A DNA stretch of 64,000 nucleotides from Tepidisphaera sp. (lineage in GTDB: Bacteria > Planctomycetota > Phycisphaerae > Phycisphaerales > UBA1924): assembly GCA_050916045.1 (NCBI GenBank), contig CP051526.1:2816001-2880000 (forward strand), in the 5' to 3' direction. Shown here in pieces: positions 1 through 9,581 of the stretch (positions are counted from its first letter, which is position 1; each line of letters begins with the position of its first letter). The notes under the pieces were generated by a model. That model saw only the letters and a program-made list of their open reading frames with translations. It made no database searches and had not been told where the DNA came from. Made by a program: the position numbers and the translations under genes.

Positions 1-315
1 GCTCGCGAGCACACATTCCTTAACTCGAACAACGCAGGCAAGATCGAGGCGGCCATAGACCACCTCGATCGAGTCTCCTTCCAGATTTTGCGTCGCACTC
101 CTGACTTCCTCATAGGGTGGTTCCAGCATCTGTTGGAAAAGCGAGAGATGCTCAACGATCAACTTCAGGCGAAGAATCTCATCGATGCTGGAAAGAAGCA
201 CATTGCCGTCGAAGAGTTCGACCGCTTGGCTGAAGTCAACTCACGGCTTCACGCTCTACTCCCGCAGCAGATCAAGGAGTCGGACGAGATGCGGCACTTT
301 ACAGGCATCTGCTGA
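1..315 (+). CDS. 3' end of a gene running off the window edge, possibly an atypical Hsp70-family protein C-terminus
   Basis: Frame 1 is open from base 1 to TGA at 313-315. Helical C-terminus ending ...HFTGIC. The family call is a weak resemblance only. Confidence 0.4.
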   Translation, partial: AREHTFLNSNNAGKIEAAIDHLDRVSFQILRRTPDFLIGWFQHLLEKREMLNDQLQAKNLIDAGKKHIAVEEFDRLAEVNSRLHALLPQQIKESDEMRHFTGIC

Positions 316-384
316 CCCGCATCACTTCAGGATCCTTGTGCACATACAGTCGGACTCTCCGAACGCCAACGGCGCACCGATAGC

Positions 385-1389
385 CTAGTCGTATTGTCTG
401 TGAGCGCGTTGGTGCTCGACGATGTGGCAAGTCGTATGCCACGCGGGCTCCCGATATGCCCGTATGTCAATGACATACGGCACATCTGGTTTCCCGAACA
501 ACTGGAGTTCCTGCGGCACCGCGAGAACCCTGCCGATGTCGATGTACCGAAATGCGCGTTCGTGGCGACCCGAGCGTGCCGCGAGGATGGCTGCCTCATG
601 CAACGGCTCAGCCCGGGGGTCGCAAGCCGCGTGCGCTGACTCGTAGGATTCGAGTGCAGCGTCTACGTGACCGAGGGCGGCAAGCACTCTGGCTCGCAAC
701 ATGTGCCCTTCGCTGCGGTGCCATCTGTACCCACCCTCGCTTGCAAGGTACGCGTCAAGGTTGCGGAGAGCTTGCGCCCAGAGACCCTCGTCGACGCACG
801 CTTGTCCCAAGTAGTACAACAAGTGCGGGTCCGACGGAGCTGACAGCAATGCTCGCTCCAAGATCTGGCGGTACGGCCTTCGCCGTGAGTCGGGCCGATG
901 CCGCACGACTGCGCCGTCGGCGGCGACAACGGGCAGCCGGCGGCCTGTCTGCGACACCAGGAGTTCGTGCACGGGGAAACGCCACGACCATAGTGACCGG
1001 CTGTAGCAACGCGGGAACCAGTGCACGAACCCGGGTGCATGCTCGCGTCGGATGCAAGCCATTGCGGCACCCTCGTCGTTGGCGTACGAAATCGCTTTCG
1101 ACAGCCAGGTCGGGTCACCCGACGGGCTAATCACATCGAGCCGTTCATCGGCATCGAACCGGACGATCCAGTCAAAACTAGCTTGGCTTGCGGCGAACGC
1201 TCGCGCCGCCGAGAAATCGTCGCGCCACTCGTACTCGCACACGGTGGCACCCAGTGCCTTGGCCTCGCGGACCGTGCCGTCATCACTTCCCGTATCGCAC
1301 ACCACGACCTCGGGCACGTTGCCGAGGCTTCGAATCGCGATCGGTAGCGATCGCTCTTCATTGCGCACGATGAACACGACACTGAACAC
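385..1389 (-). CDS. Glycosyltransferase family 2 with C-terminal TPR repeats
   Basis: VVFIVRNEE...VVVCDTGSDDGT, WRDDFSAAR, FDADE (DxD), VHE, followed by TPR-like helices (LYYLGQ...). Confidence 0.85.
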   Translation of the reverse strand: MFSVVFIVRNEERSLPIAIRSLGNVPEVVVCDTGSDDGTVREAKALGATVCEYEWRDDFSAARAFAASQASFDWIVRFDADERLDVISPSGDPTWLSKAISYANDEGAAMACIRREHAPGFVHWFPRCYSRSLWSWRFPVHELLVSQTGRRLPVVAADGAVVRHRPDSRRRPYRQILERALLSAPSDPHLLYYLGQACVDEGLWAQALRNLDAYLASEGGYRWHRSEGHMLRARVLAALGHVDAALESYESAHAACDPRAEPLHEAAILAARSGRHERAFRYIDIGRVLAVPQELQLFGKPDVPYVIDIRAYREPAWHTTCHIVEHQRAHRQYD

Positions 1390-1390
1390 G

Positions 1391-1999
1391 CTACCACGTC
1401 CTCAACACGAACCGTGCCCGGCCATCGTGGGGCGGCCGTTCCTCCCACATCACCGTGTCCCCGTGCCAGCGGCATGGTCCGAAGGAAAGCCCCAAATGAA
1501 CTTCGAGTGGCCCCATCGGCATGCCTTGGACAAGCACGTTGTGGGCGAGCGCCAGCATGCGATGGTTGCCGTCGAGGATGGTGAAAGGGCCCCCGGGTGA
1601 TCGACCGAAAAGGGTGATGCGGCGCTGCATGCCGTCGACCTCGAGACCATCACTCACGAGCTGGCGCACGCGATGACGGTGCGAATCCGGGAGCGTGTCG
1701 AGCGCAGCCCACGTCGCAAGCGATCGATCCGCGGCTGACGGGTCACTGAACCAGGACTCCTCCGCGATTAGTCGAAGTCGTCCCAGATCGTCCGGCGAGG
1801 CGAGCTGCGCGCGGTACCAATCACACTGCGGCAGGAAACGGAGGAACAAGTAGCCCCGGTCAACAAGCTCCCGGTAGCGTGCTTCGGACGACGCCGGAAC
1901 CGCAACTGTTCGAGGAAGCGATTTCTCATGGAAGCACTGGGCGGACAGCATGCCAGCGATGACATCGTCGAACAAGATCTGGTTCCGCAGTTCAATCAC
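1391..1999 (-). CDS. Hypothetical protein with ParB/Srx-like motif
   Basis: FTILDGNHRMLAL matches the ParB/sulfiredoxin DGxHR signature. GTG start at 1999 overlaps the upstream TGA (GTGA). Confidence 0.6.
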   Translation of the reverse strand: MIELRNQILFDDVIAGMLSAQCFHEKSLPRTVAVPASSEARYRELVDRGYLFLRFLPQCDWYRAQLASPDDLGRLRLIAEESWFSDPSAADRSLATWAALDTLPDSHRHRVRQLVSDGLEVDGMQRRITLFGRSPGGPFTILDGNHRMLALAHNVLVQGMPMGPLEVHLGLSFGPCRWHGDTVMWEERPPHDGRARFVLRTW

Positions 2000-3435
2000 A
2001 GTGAACCTCTTCGAGTGAGCAGCCGCGAAGCGAGCTGTTCTCGTTCCTGCTGACTGAGTCCCGCCTGCTCGAACACGCATGACGCTCCGCCGGCCTGTCG
2101 AACAGCAGCCAGAAATGTCTCGATGGCCGCGGACGACACCCCTTGTCCACTGAGCATGTAGTCGTGCACGACGTGCTCTTCGGGAAGCCCAAGCAGCATC
2201 GCAAGCGAGGCGCAGAACCAGCCGGTGCGGTCCTTTCCCACATGGCAGTGCACCACCGTGCTGCCGTCGCGTGTGCGGAGGATGGCTCGAATGGCGTCTA
2301 TGACGCTTTGCCGATGGGCGAAGAACTGGCGCTCGTACACCGACCCGGCGTCCTTGGGCTTCGGAGTCGCGTCCTGCCGCGGAGCACCCGATAGCGGTAG
2401 CGACACGTATTCGATTTCTGTCAGCAGGTCTGCTGGGTACCTGGCCTTCTCCTCGGCGAACTCATGGGGATGCCGGAAGTCCACGATGCATCGAACCCGA
2501 TTCTGGGACAACCACGCGCGAAGTGCGGGCTCATCCTTCCAACGTGTCAGGGCCGAACTTCGGAACAGGACACCCTTGGCAACAGCGCCGTTGTACGCGT
2601 CCGCGAAATCTCGAACGTTGAAGAACAAGTCGCGGCTCAGGATGGCGTCGAGAAAGTCCGCCAGCGCGACCGCACTTCGCGCGCCGGGTGCCTGACGGTG
2701 CAGCTCCCGCACAGATTCGAGGAAGGCCGCCGCCAGACGCCGTTTGGCGTCGTTGGCCTCTGGTAGGTACATCGTGCCGCGAAGCTCACGCCATTGCAGT
2801 TGCTCGGGAAGGGACATCCGCGCTGGCAGCAGCATCTTCGGCAGGAAGAGGTAGACGGCGTTACCGCGGGCGAGTTCCACAAGCCTCGCAAGGCGATGCA
2901 GCGCCAGATTGAACTGAAAATAGAACTGATACCCGTCACTGCGTTTGTGCGCAGCAGAGCATGCCTCGAAGGCCACGATGAACTTGTCGATCTCCTCGTC
3001 GGCGAGCTGCCGGGTGTTTCTGGACACTGGCCTAGAGGCTCGTTCGACGAGAGCGTGGCAGCACTCGTCCTTGTCGAGCACGGTGGTCAGTCGCGGCGGC
3101 GGGATGTCCGGGGAGTCTGCGAGCCACGCCAACCCTTCAGGGTCCCTGACAATGTGGAGATCAACTTTGGTGAGAGCGTGGTCAATCCAAAGGGTCGCCT
3201 CCCCTCGCGCGGTCGAGCAGGTGTGGTTCCGCAGTCGGCTTCCGAATCGGCGCGTGCACGAAAGAACGATTTCAGCGATATCCGCGTCTGCACGTACTAC
3301 GAGTGCGGCGTCCAGATCCGAATGGGCATTCGCATCACCGCGTGCGAACGACCCGTACCACACCAAGGCACGCACTTGCTCATCGGTGCTGGCCCAGTCT
3401 GCGAGTGTCGTCGCGATTGCCTGCAGGTGCATCAT
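1996..3435 (-). CDS. Pol-beta-type nucleotidyltransferase (LinB/ANT-like) fused to a Cys-based tyrosine/serine phosphatase
   Basis: YGSFARGDANAHSDLD (GS-x-DxD) at the N-terminus. NVRD...LFRSS...IVDFR...HCHVGKDRTG (CX5R) at the C-terminus. ATG at 3435 overlaps the upstream stop (ATGA). Confidence 0.8.
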   Translation of the reverse strand: MMHLQAIATTLADWASTDEQVRALVWYGSFARGDANAHSDLDAALVVRADADIAEIVLSCTRRFGSRLRNHTCSTARGEATLWIDHALTKVDLHIVRDPEGLAWLADSPDIPPPRLTTVLDKDECCHALVERASRPVSRNTRQLADEEIDKFIVAFEACSAAHKRSDGYQFYFQFNLALHRLARLVELARGNAVYLFLPKMLLPARMSLPEQLQWRELRGTMYLPEANDAKRRLAAAFLESVRELHRQAPGARSAVALADFLDAILSRDLFFNVRDFADAYNGAVAKGVLFRSSALTRWKDEPALRAWLSQNRVRCIVDFRHPHEFAEEKARYPADLLTEIEYVSLPLSGAPRQDATPKPKDAGSVYERQFFAHRQSVIDAIRAILRTRDGSTVVHCHVGKDRTGWFCASLAMLLGLPEEHVVHDYMLSGQGVSSAAIETFLAAVRQAGGASCVFEQAGLSQQEREQLASRLLTRRGSL

Positions 3436-4700
3436 CTGTTGAACGACTCCAACTGTCCGGTGACCGCTCGGACCGCCTGTGCCGCCAGCTCCGTCTGGGG
3501 CAACCGTCCATCGAGAGGCGATACGGGAGCACCCAGCCACATAGTCTGACCTCCAATGTCGCGCAAGAGCCGCTGGCCCAGGTCGCGCACAACGGATTCG
3601 ATCGGCACGCCGAAATCCGGATAGGGAGTCTCCCATTCGCGGCCTGCAATACGCGACAGGCACACATCAATCGGCGTGTCGATCCAAAGGACTATGACCT
3701 GGCCACCGCTTCGTGTGAGCGCGTGCCGGACAAGGTGGACCATCGGACCCGAGCCGGAGAACTCCAGAACACGCGGATCTGCCCGCTGCGAGTCCGCCGC
3801 GAACCTCTCCCAAGCGCGAAACTCTCCTGCGGCGGTACCATCGCTGAACTGCTGGCGGAGAGTGTCAATGCCCGTGAACGGCCAGCCAAAGTGGTCCGCC
3901 AGGTGTTTGGCGACTCCCGTCTTTCCAGACCCAATGTTGCCGATCACCACCACCTTGACTATGGCGGCTTCCTGTGTGGTCGCGCGCTCTGTCACAGCGA
4001 TCTGCAGAGCTTCTGATCCGTCAAGGCCGACCAGCACACGACGTTTGTCAAAGGTCTCCGCGAGCGCTGTTCCGTTGTAGAAGGGCTCAATCGCTGCGAA
4101 CCGACTCCTGTACGCTTCTGTTCCCGTCCGTGTGATGTGGAACCATCCACGCTGGTCGCGTGCCCGTGCAAGGCCCTTGTGGAACACATCGAGGTCGATC
4201 AGCCAACTGTCGTGGATGAAGTCGCCGTCCGGATCGATGTGTGTGCACAGCCCACGTTGGGGGCATCGGACCACTGCGGCCCTATCCCTGAAGTCACCCG
4301 CGTACGAGTAGGTTGCCACGTAGGCCGGCGAGCCGTCGATACGAACGTGGTAGCAGCGACCGTCCTGGTCACGGACCGTGCACCGGCCCTCCTGGAAGTT
4401 CCCGCACCACGAATGACGGTCCATTGTCAGCGGTCGACCATCGGGCAGGATGTGTAGCCAGCCGGATCGATCCTCGACCGCTGCCCGCTCTTCATAGAAG
4501 CCCCACGTTTGTCTGAAGCGGGTGGAGTACGCGGAGGTCCCTTGGGGCGTGATGTGGAAAGCGCCCGAGCTGTCGCGTGCCGGTGCCAACCCCGGTGCGT
4601 GAAACTTCTGCACCTGAGAGAACCTAACTGAGTACAGCGGATATCCATCGCAGATGTGATGCGTGCCGTCCGCTGCGACAATTGAACGCTGCCATGTCAC
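3432..4700 (-). CDS. WG/KWG-like repeat protein fused to a P-loop (adenylate/shikimate kinase-like) domain
   Basis: Repeats of F-x-x-G-x-A-x-V-x-D-x-x-G-W/F-x-H-I, then Walker A VIGNIGSGKT and nucleoside-kinase-like WIDTPIDVCLSRIAGR. GTG at 4700 overlaps the upstream TGA. Confidence 0.75.
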   Translation of the reverse strand: MTWQRSIVAADGTHHICDGYPLYSVRFSQVQKFHAPGLAPARDSSGAFHITPQGTSAYSTRFRQTWGFYEERAAVEDRSGWLHILPDGRPLTMDRHSWCGNFQEGRCTVRDQDGRCYHVRIDGSPAYVATYSYAGDFRDRAAVVRCPQRGLCTHIDPDGDFIHDSWLIDLDVFHKGLARARDQRGWFHITRTGTEAYRSRFAAIEPFYNGTALAETFDKRRVLVGLDGSEALQIAVTERATTQEAAIVKVVVIGNIGSGKTGVAKHLADHFGWPFTGIDTLRQQFSDGTAAGEFRAWERFAADSQRADPRVLEFSGSGPMVHLVRHALTRSGGQVIVLWIDTPIDVCLSRIAGREWETPYPDFGVPIESVVRDLGQRLLRDIGGQTMWLGAPVSPLDGRLPQTELAAQAVRAVTGQLESFNR

Positions 4701-7045
4701 TTGGCCACCGCCGGTCGCCGCATGTTGCACCCTTTGCAGAGGTCATGATCGCGGTAGGTGTCTCGCAACGCTCGGTACTCCGGGCCGCTCCAAATGCCCA
4801 TCAGCGACTTCTCGGTGAGGTTGCCAAACTCGCCGAGAAGTCGACGTTGAGCGTCGGGAGCACAGCAGGGATTGAAGCGGCCCTCTGCGCTGACCCAGGC
4901 TTCCTCACCCAGGAAGGGACAAGGGCCACCGGGGGCGATATCGTCGCGATGAGCCGGGTCGAGTTTGTGAATGTTCTCAAGCAAGACGCGCTGCCCGTTC
5001 GGCAGAGGATGATCGACCACGGCCCTTTCCGTCTCGTCCACGATCCGATGCCATCGCTCTACTGACTCCAGCGAGCGCCGCATTGACAGCCCTCGGATCT
5101 GTGTGAAATGCGCCCACAGGTGATGCCCCTTGACGCGGTCAACACCAATCGACGCGGCAAGCTTTACGAGGTCCGGCAACTCTGCCACGTTGTTGTCGAG
5201 GAACGTGGTCTGGAACGTGACCCTGCAGCGGTTGCCGCCATCGGCTGCGTAGGCATCACGGACAGCGACGAACTCCCGCACGTTGGCCAGCACCTGATCG
5301 AGCTTCGTACCGAGCATGATGGCTTCTTGCGTCGCCGCGTTCGCGCCGTTAATCGAGATCTTGACATCCGAGCAGACAGACACGAGCCGCTCGGCCCATC
5401 CGCGGGCTCCGCGCTTCGGGAACGTGCCATTGGTCGTCAGGTTCATCTGCACTCCGAACTCGTGGCACAGGTCAACGAACTCATCGAAGTGCTCATACAG
5501 GAGAGGCTCGCCCATGGTGCTCGGAATGACTTCCCGCAGTCGAGTGCCCCTGCAATTCTCAAGGACTCGCCTCACCATCGCGATGTCCATTCGGCGACGG
5601 GGGTTGCCCGCCGCGCGGCGCTGAGCCTGCAGAGTGCTGTGCGGCGAGTGCTCCTCACACATGATGCAGCGAAGGTTGCAGTCGTCCGGGTTCGTGTCAA
5701 AGGTGATTCGCCAAGGACCCGGCTTGGGCTCCACTGTCGAAGCGGGCCGGTGACCGAGCAACTCGCGATAGACCGCCTCAACCGCGAGAACGTGCTCTTG
5801 AACCGAGATCACGTCGCCTGATTCTGAGTAGAGGTAGCCTTGTTGCCCGAGGCGAACACCCAGATCCGGATCGTCCACCAGTCGCTGCATCTGTTCTGCG
5901 AGCGAACGCCGGTCACGGTGCTTGAAGAGCAGTCCGTTGTGCTCGTGGCGGACAAACTCGGCCATGCCGCCGACATCGGCCGTGATCACGGGAAGTCGAG
6001 ATTGCTGGGCTTCGTGGATCACCAGGGGGGAGTTCTCTTCCCAGATCGACGGCACCACGATCGCATCAACCTGATCAAAAACGTCGGGGACTATCCGTTC
6101 GTTCTGATACTCGCCCATCCATTGCACTCGCTCGCCCGCGCGATTTGGAAGGCTCGCAGCGATCCGTCGCAGCGAGGTGGTGTAGGGATCGCGTGGCCGC
6201 CCCCAGATCCGGAGGAGTGGCTCGCCCTGAAGCTGTGCGAACGCATCAACAAGATGGTGAATGCCCTTTGCGGGGATGTGTGTGCCAATGTAGCCGAGCA
6301 CAAACGAGCGCTCTCGCACTCGATTCCGACCCGTAAAGCGCGCGAGGTCAAACCCGTAGTCGAGAAGCGTCAGCTTGTTTGAAGACAGGCCGAACTCATC
6401 GCGAAAGCGACCCAGCAAGTGGCGGGATGGCGAGATGAACCGATCGACATGGCTCGCCATCTCGCGGACGTTCGCCATTCGCTGTTCGACCCAGGAGGTC
6501 CACCGATCGGCGTCGGCTTGGTAGTGCTCAGCTGCACCAGAAAAGTAGAGGGAGTAACACTTCTCTGCGCACTTGCGGTCCTGTTGCCCATCGCACAGCG
6601 GAAACGGCTCCTGCCCGCTCTCTGCAAAACGCTGGATGAACTGGCCACGAGGACACATCAACCAGAAGTCATGGAGCGTGTAGACCAGGGGCAGACCACG
6701 CTCGCGGATTGTCTTGAGGAGGGTTGTAGACAGGTGGGACACGTGATTCACGTGCACGACGTCGGGCGGGAACTCATCGAGCAGCCGCCGCAACTCCGTG
6801 TCAATCCCGTCGTATCGATAGCGATCTCGTGAGACCGCGTTGTTTACGACCCGCAACTGCACCCGTCGATCACCCAAGTCAGCTTCATCGACAGTGGCAA
6901 ACTGCGTGAGGAACGGGTCCTCTTGACGGGTGAAGACCCGTACTTCGTGCCGCTCAGCCAGCCCTCGCGCCAGCGCTTGGGTGTATACCTCCGAGCCGGC
7001 GTTGTACCTGGGGGGGTATCCGTGAATGACCAAGAGCACGCGCAT
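4697..7045 (-). CDS. Glycosyltransferase family 4 fused to a radical SAM/SPASM(twitch) domain
   Basis: MRVLLVIHGYPP..GSEVY, TLHDFW, PSIWEENSPLVIHEA (GT-B), then CNLRCIMC (CX3CX2C), GEPLL, TTNGT, and C-terminal CPF...PCC...CKGC. Start taken at ATG 7045. Confidence 0.9.
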   Translation of the reverse strand: MRVLLVIHGYPPRYNAGSEVYTQALARGLAERHEVRVFTRQEDPFLTQFATVDEADLGDRRVQLRVVNNAVSRDRYRYDGIDTELRRLLDEFPPDVVHVNHVSHLSTTLLKTIRERGLPLVYTLHDFWLMCPRGQFIQRFAESGQEPFPLCDGQQDRKCAEKCYSLYFSGAAEHYQADADRWTSWVEQRMANVREMASHVDRFISPSRHLLGRFRDEFGLSSNKLTLLDYGFDLARFTGRNRVRERSFVLGYIGTHIPAKGIHHLVDAFAQLQGEPLLRIWGRPRDPYTTSLRRIAASLPNRAGERVQWMGEYQNERIVPDVFDQVDAIVVPSIWEENSPLVIHEAQQSRLPVITADVGGMAEFVRHEHNGLLFKHRDRRSLAEQMQRLVDDPDLGVRLGQQGYLYSESGDVISVQEHVLAVEAVYRELLGHRPASTVEPKPGPWRITFDTNPDDCNLRCIMCEEHSPHSTLQAQRRAAGNPRRRMDIAMVRRVLENCRGTRLREVIPSTMGEPLLYEHFDEFVDLCHEFGVQMNLTTNGTFPKRGARGWAERLVSVCSDVKISINGANAATQEAIMLGTKLDQVLANVREFVAVRDAYAADGGNRCRVTFQTTFLDNNVAELPDLVKLAASIGVDRVKGHHLWAHFTQIRGLSMRRSLESVERWHRIVDETERAVVDHPLPNGQRVLLENIHKLDPAHRDDIAPGGPCPFLGEEAWVSAEGRFNPCCAPDAQRRLLGEFGNLTEKSLMGIWSGPEYRALRDTYRDHDLCKGCNMRRPAVAK

Positions 7046-7152
7046 GCGGGATTGTACTTCTGTCGCCGAACAAAGTTCCCATTGCTGGCTGGTGTGGGGC
7101 ACCCCGAAGCTGAGCGGGTTGTGTCCGATTGCCCCAGAAATGCTTCCGTGAT

Positions 7153-7191
7153 TCGTGAACTGGGCATCCGACGGGTTAGGTGCTCTATGGC
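7153..7191 (+). promoter_or_regulatory. Bipartite motif copy 1: TCGTGAAC-N8-CGACGGGTTAGGTGCTCTATGGC
   Basis: The 8-bp and 23-bp blocks and their spacing are identical at 13967-14005. Lies upstream of the DUF2924/recombinase operon. Confidence 0.6.
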
Positions 7192-7222
7192 GGGTCGCTG
7201 TTGACCCGCGAAGGAGCCGTTC

Positions 7223-7495
7223 GTGTCCCAGCAAGACCCTGTGGACTCCGCCGCCCAGCGGCGCGAGATCGTCATCGCCACGCTCGCGACCGCCGTGCAC
7301 CGTTGGCACCGCGAGCGGGTTCGGGCTGGCGTGCGCGCCGCGCGTGCGGCCAGCATCGCGATGGCGGAGCATCAACAACCCGAGAGTTCTCGACTTGACT
7401 GTGCGGAAGATGATCGCCCTGATCGTCCGCTTCCAACCGACACGGCCGCGCGGCATGTTGCGGGCGGGAACGACGGAGACCAGTCATGGCGATGA
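7223..7495 (+). CDS. Small hypothetical protein preceding DUF2924
   Basis: AAGGAG RBS before GTG; overlaps the start of the next gene. Confidence 0.5.
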   Translation: MSQQDPVDSAAQRREIVIATLATAVHRWHRERVRAGVRAARAASIAMAEHQQPESSRLDCAEDDRPDRPLPTDTAARHVAGGNDGDQSWR

Positions 7496-8025
7496 ACATC
7501 TACGCGGAACTCAAACGACTCGGAACGCTCACCACGCCGCAGCTCCGCGCCAAGTACGCGGAGGTCTTCGGCGAGGCCACGCGCTGCAACAACCGACCGT
7601 ACCTGATCAAACGGATCTGTTGGCGACTCCAGGCCGACTCGGAGGGCGACCTCTCCGAGCGCGCCCGCCAGCGGGCGCTCGCGCTGGCCGACGATGCCGA
7701 CCTGCGGCTCCAGGCCCCTGCCGGCGCGGGGCCTGTCGCGATCGCTCCAGCGAGCCACGCAACGCCGCCGATCGTGTCGATCCGCATCCCCCGCAAGAGC
7801 ATCGAGCCCATGCCCGGCACGACGCTGTGGCGTGAGTACAAGGGCCGCATGATCGCCGTGATCGTCCTGCCCCGCGGGTTCGAGTACGAGGGCAAGGTCT
7901 ACCGGTCGCTCTCGGCGGTGGCCAACGCCATCACCGGCACGCACTGGAACGGCATGAAGTTCTTCGCCGAGTCGCTGGGCATGGCCGTTGGCGGAGCCCG
8001 CCACGCGGAGGTTGCCCAGGCATGA
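7486..8025 (+). CDS. DUF2924 domain protein
   Basis: LRAKYAEVFG..YLIKRICWRLQ; PGTTLWREYKG..F.YEGK.YRSLSAVANAITGTHWNGMKFF. Confidence 0.9.
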   Translation: MAMNIYAELKRLGTLTTPQLRAKYAEVFGEATRCNNRPYLIKRICWRLQADSEGDLSERARQRALALADDADLRLQAPAGAGPVAIAPASHATPPIVSIRIPRKSIEPMPGTTLWREYKGRMIAVIVLPRGFEYEGKVYRSLSAVANAITGTHWNGMKFFAESLGMAVGGARHAEVAQA

Positions 8026-9581
8026 GCACGTTCTCGATGTCATCCCGCAGGTACGCGAGCGGCGAGCAGCCCCGCAAGAGCCCGCTCATTCGCTGCGCGA
8101 TCTACACCCGCAAGAGCAGCGAGGAGGGCCTGGAACAGGAGTTCAACTCGCTCGACGCCCAGCGCGAAAGCGGCGAGGCGTACATCGCCAGCCAGAAGGC
8201 TGAGGGGTGGGTGTGCCTCCCCGACAAGTACGACGACGGCGGCTACACGGGCGGCAACATGGAACGCCCCGCCGTGCAGCGTCTGATGGCCGACATCGAC
8301 GCGGGCAAGGTCGACTGCGTCGTGGTCTACAAGGTGGACCGCCTCAGCCGCTCGCTGATGGACTTTGCCCGCATGATGGAGGTCTTCGACCGCAAGAAGA
8401 TCTCGTTCGTCTCGGTCACGCAGCAGTTCAACACGACGCAGTCGATGGGGCGGCTCACGCTGAACATCCTGCTGTCGTTCGCGCAGTTCGAGCGGGAGAT
8501 CATCTCCGAGCGCACCCGCGACAAGATCGCGGCCACGCGCAGGAAGGGCAAGTGGTTCGGCGGCAAGCCGATCCTGGGCTACGACCTGGTGGCCGGCAAA
8601 CTCGTCGTCAACCGCGACGAGGCGTTCCGCGTGCGCGAGATCTTCGCGATCTACGTCGACACCCGCTCGGTGCGCCAGACCACGCTGGAGGCGGTGCGGC
8701 GGGGATGGACGACCAAGGGCTGGACGCAGAAGGACGGCAAGTGCGTCGGCGGGCTCCCGCTCACCAACCCCTACGTGCACCGCATCCTCACCAGCGTGTC
8801 GTACCTGGGCAAGGTCCAGCACCACGACCAGATTTACGACGGCGAGCAGGAGGCCATCATCGATCCGGCGCTGTGGAAGCGGGCGGCCGCGATCCTCGAG
8901 GCCAACGGCCGCGACAAGGGCAGCGATGTCCGCAACGTTCACAGCGGCCTGCTCAAGGGGCTTGTTCGCTGCTGCAACTGCGACAAGCCGATGGCGCACA
9001 CGTTCACGACCAAGTCGGGCAAGCGGACCTACCGCTACTACGTGTGCCACGTCGCCCAGAGCAGCGGCTACCACGCGTGCCCGTCCAAATCTGTGCCGGC
9101 GGAACAGATCGAGTCCTTCGTGGTCGACCGTCTCCAGGCGCTCGGCCGCGACCGCGAACTGGTGAGCATGATCTTGGATCGCGCCCGGGCCGAGTCCCGC
9201 GAGGTCATGGAGCAGCTCAAGGACCGCAAGACGACGCTGGAGCGCGAACTGCGGTGGCTGGCCAGCGACGAGCGGCGCGCGGGGGCCGCGAGCGACGCCG
9301 ACCGCCTCGCGGACCTGGCCGAACGCCAGCGCCAGATCGCCGAGCAGGTCCGCGAGATCGAGGGCGAGATCGAGGAGGCGACCCGCGATGAACTCCGCCG
9401 CGACGAGGTCGACGCCGCCTTCGCCGAGTTCCGGCCGCTGTGGGACCAGCTCAACACGCGCGAGCGGACCGAGCTTCTTCGATCCGTCATCAAGAGCGTC
9501 GAGTTCGACGGCAAGGCCGGCGAGGTCACGCTGGTCTTTCACCCCGAGATGTCCCGCCTCGCCGAGGAGAACGCGCCATGA
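8022..9581 (+). CDS. Large serine recombinase (resolvase, recombinase, Zn-ribbon and coiled-coil domains)
   Basis: RCAIYTRKSS catalytic Ser, YKVDRLSRS, FAQFEREIISERTRD, LLKGLVRCCNC..YYVC..C. Confidence 0.95.
   Translation: MSTFSMSSRRYASGEQPRKSPLIRCAIYTRKSSEEGLEQEFNSLDAQRESGEAYIASQKAEGWVCLPDKYDDGGYTGGNMERPAVQRLMADIDAGKVDCVVVYKVDRLSRSLMDFARMMEVFDRKKISFVSVTQQFNTTQSMGRLTLNILLSFAQFEREIISERTRDKIAATRRKGKWFGGKPILGYDLVAGKLVVNRDEAFRVREIFAIYVDTRSVRQTTLEAVRRGWTTKGWTQKDGKCVGGLPLTNPYVHRILTSVSYLGKVQHHDQIYDGEQEAIIDPALWKRAAAILEANGRDKGSDVRNVHSGLLKGLVRCCNCDKPMAHTFTTKSGKRTYRYYVCHVAQSSGYHACPSKSVPAEQIESFVVDRLQALGRDRELVSMILDRARAESREVMEQLKDRKTTLERELRWLASDERRAGAASDADRLADLAERQRQIAEQVREIEGEIEEATRDELRRDEVDAAFAEFRPLWDQLNTRERTELLRSVIKSVEFDGKAGEVTLVFHPEMSRLAEENAP

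Noticed and set aside
7046..7456. N-terminal 137 aa of the 919-aa ORF, and similar over-extended starts at 3663, 13994, 19954, 26578, 51987, 53363 and 56319
   Set aside because: They overlap other genes or regulatory regions. Domain starts, RBSs and stop/start coupling point to downstream starts.
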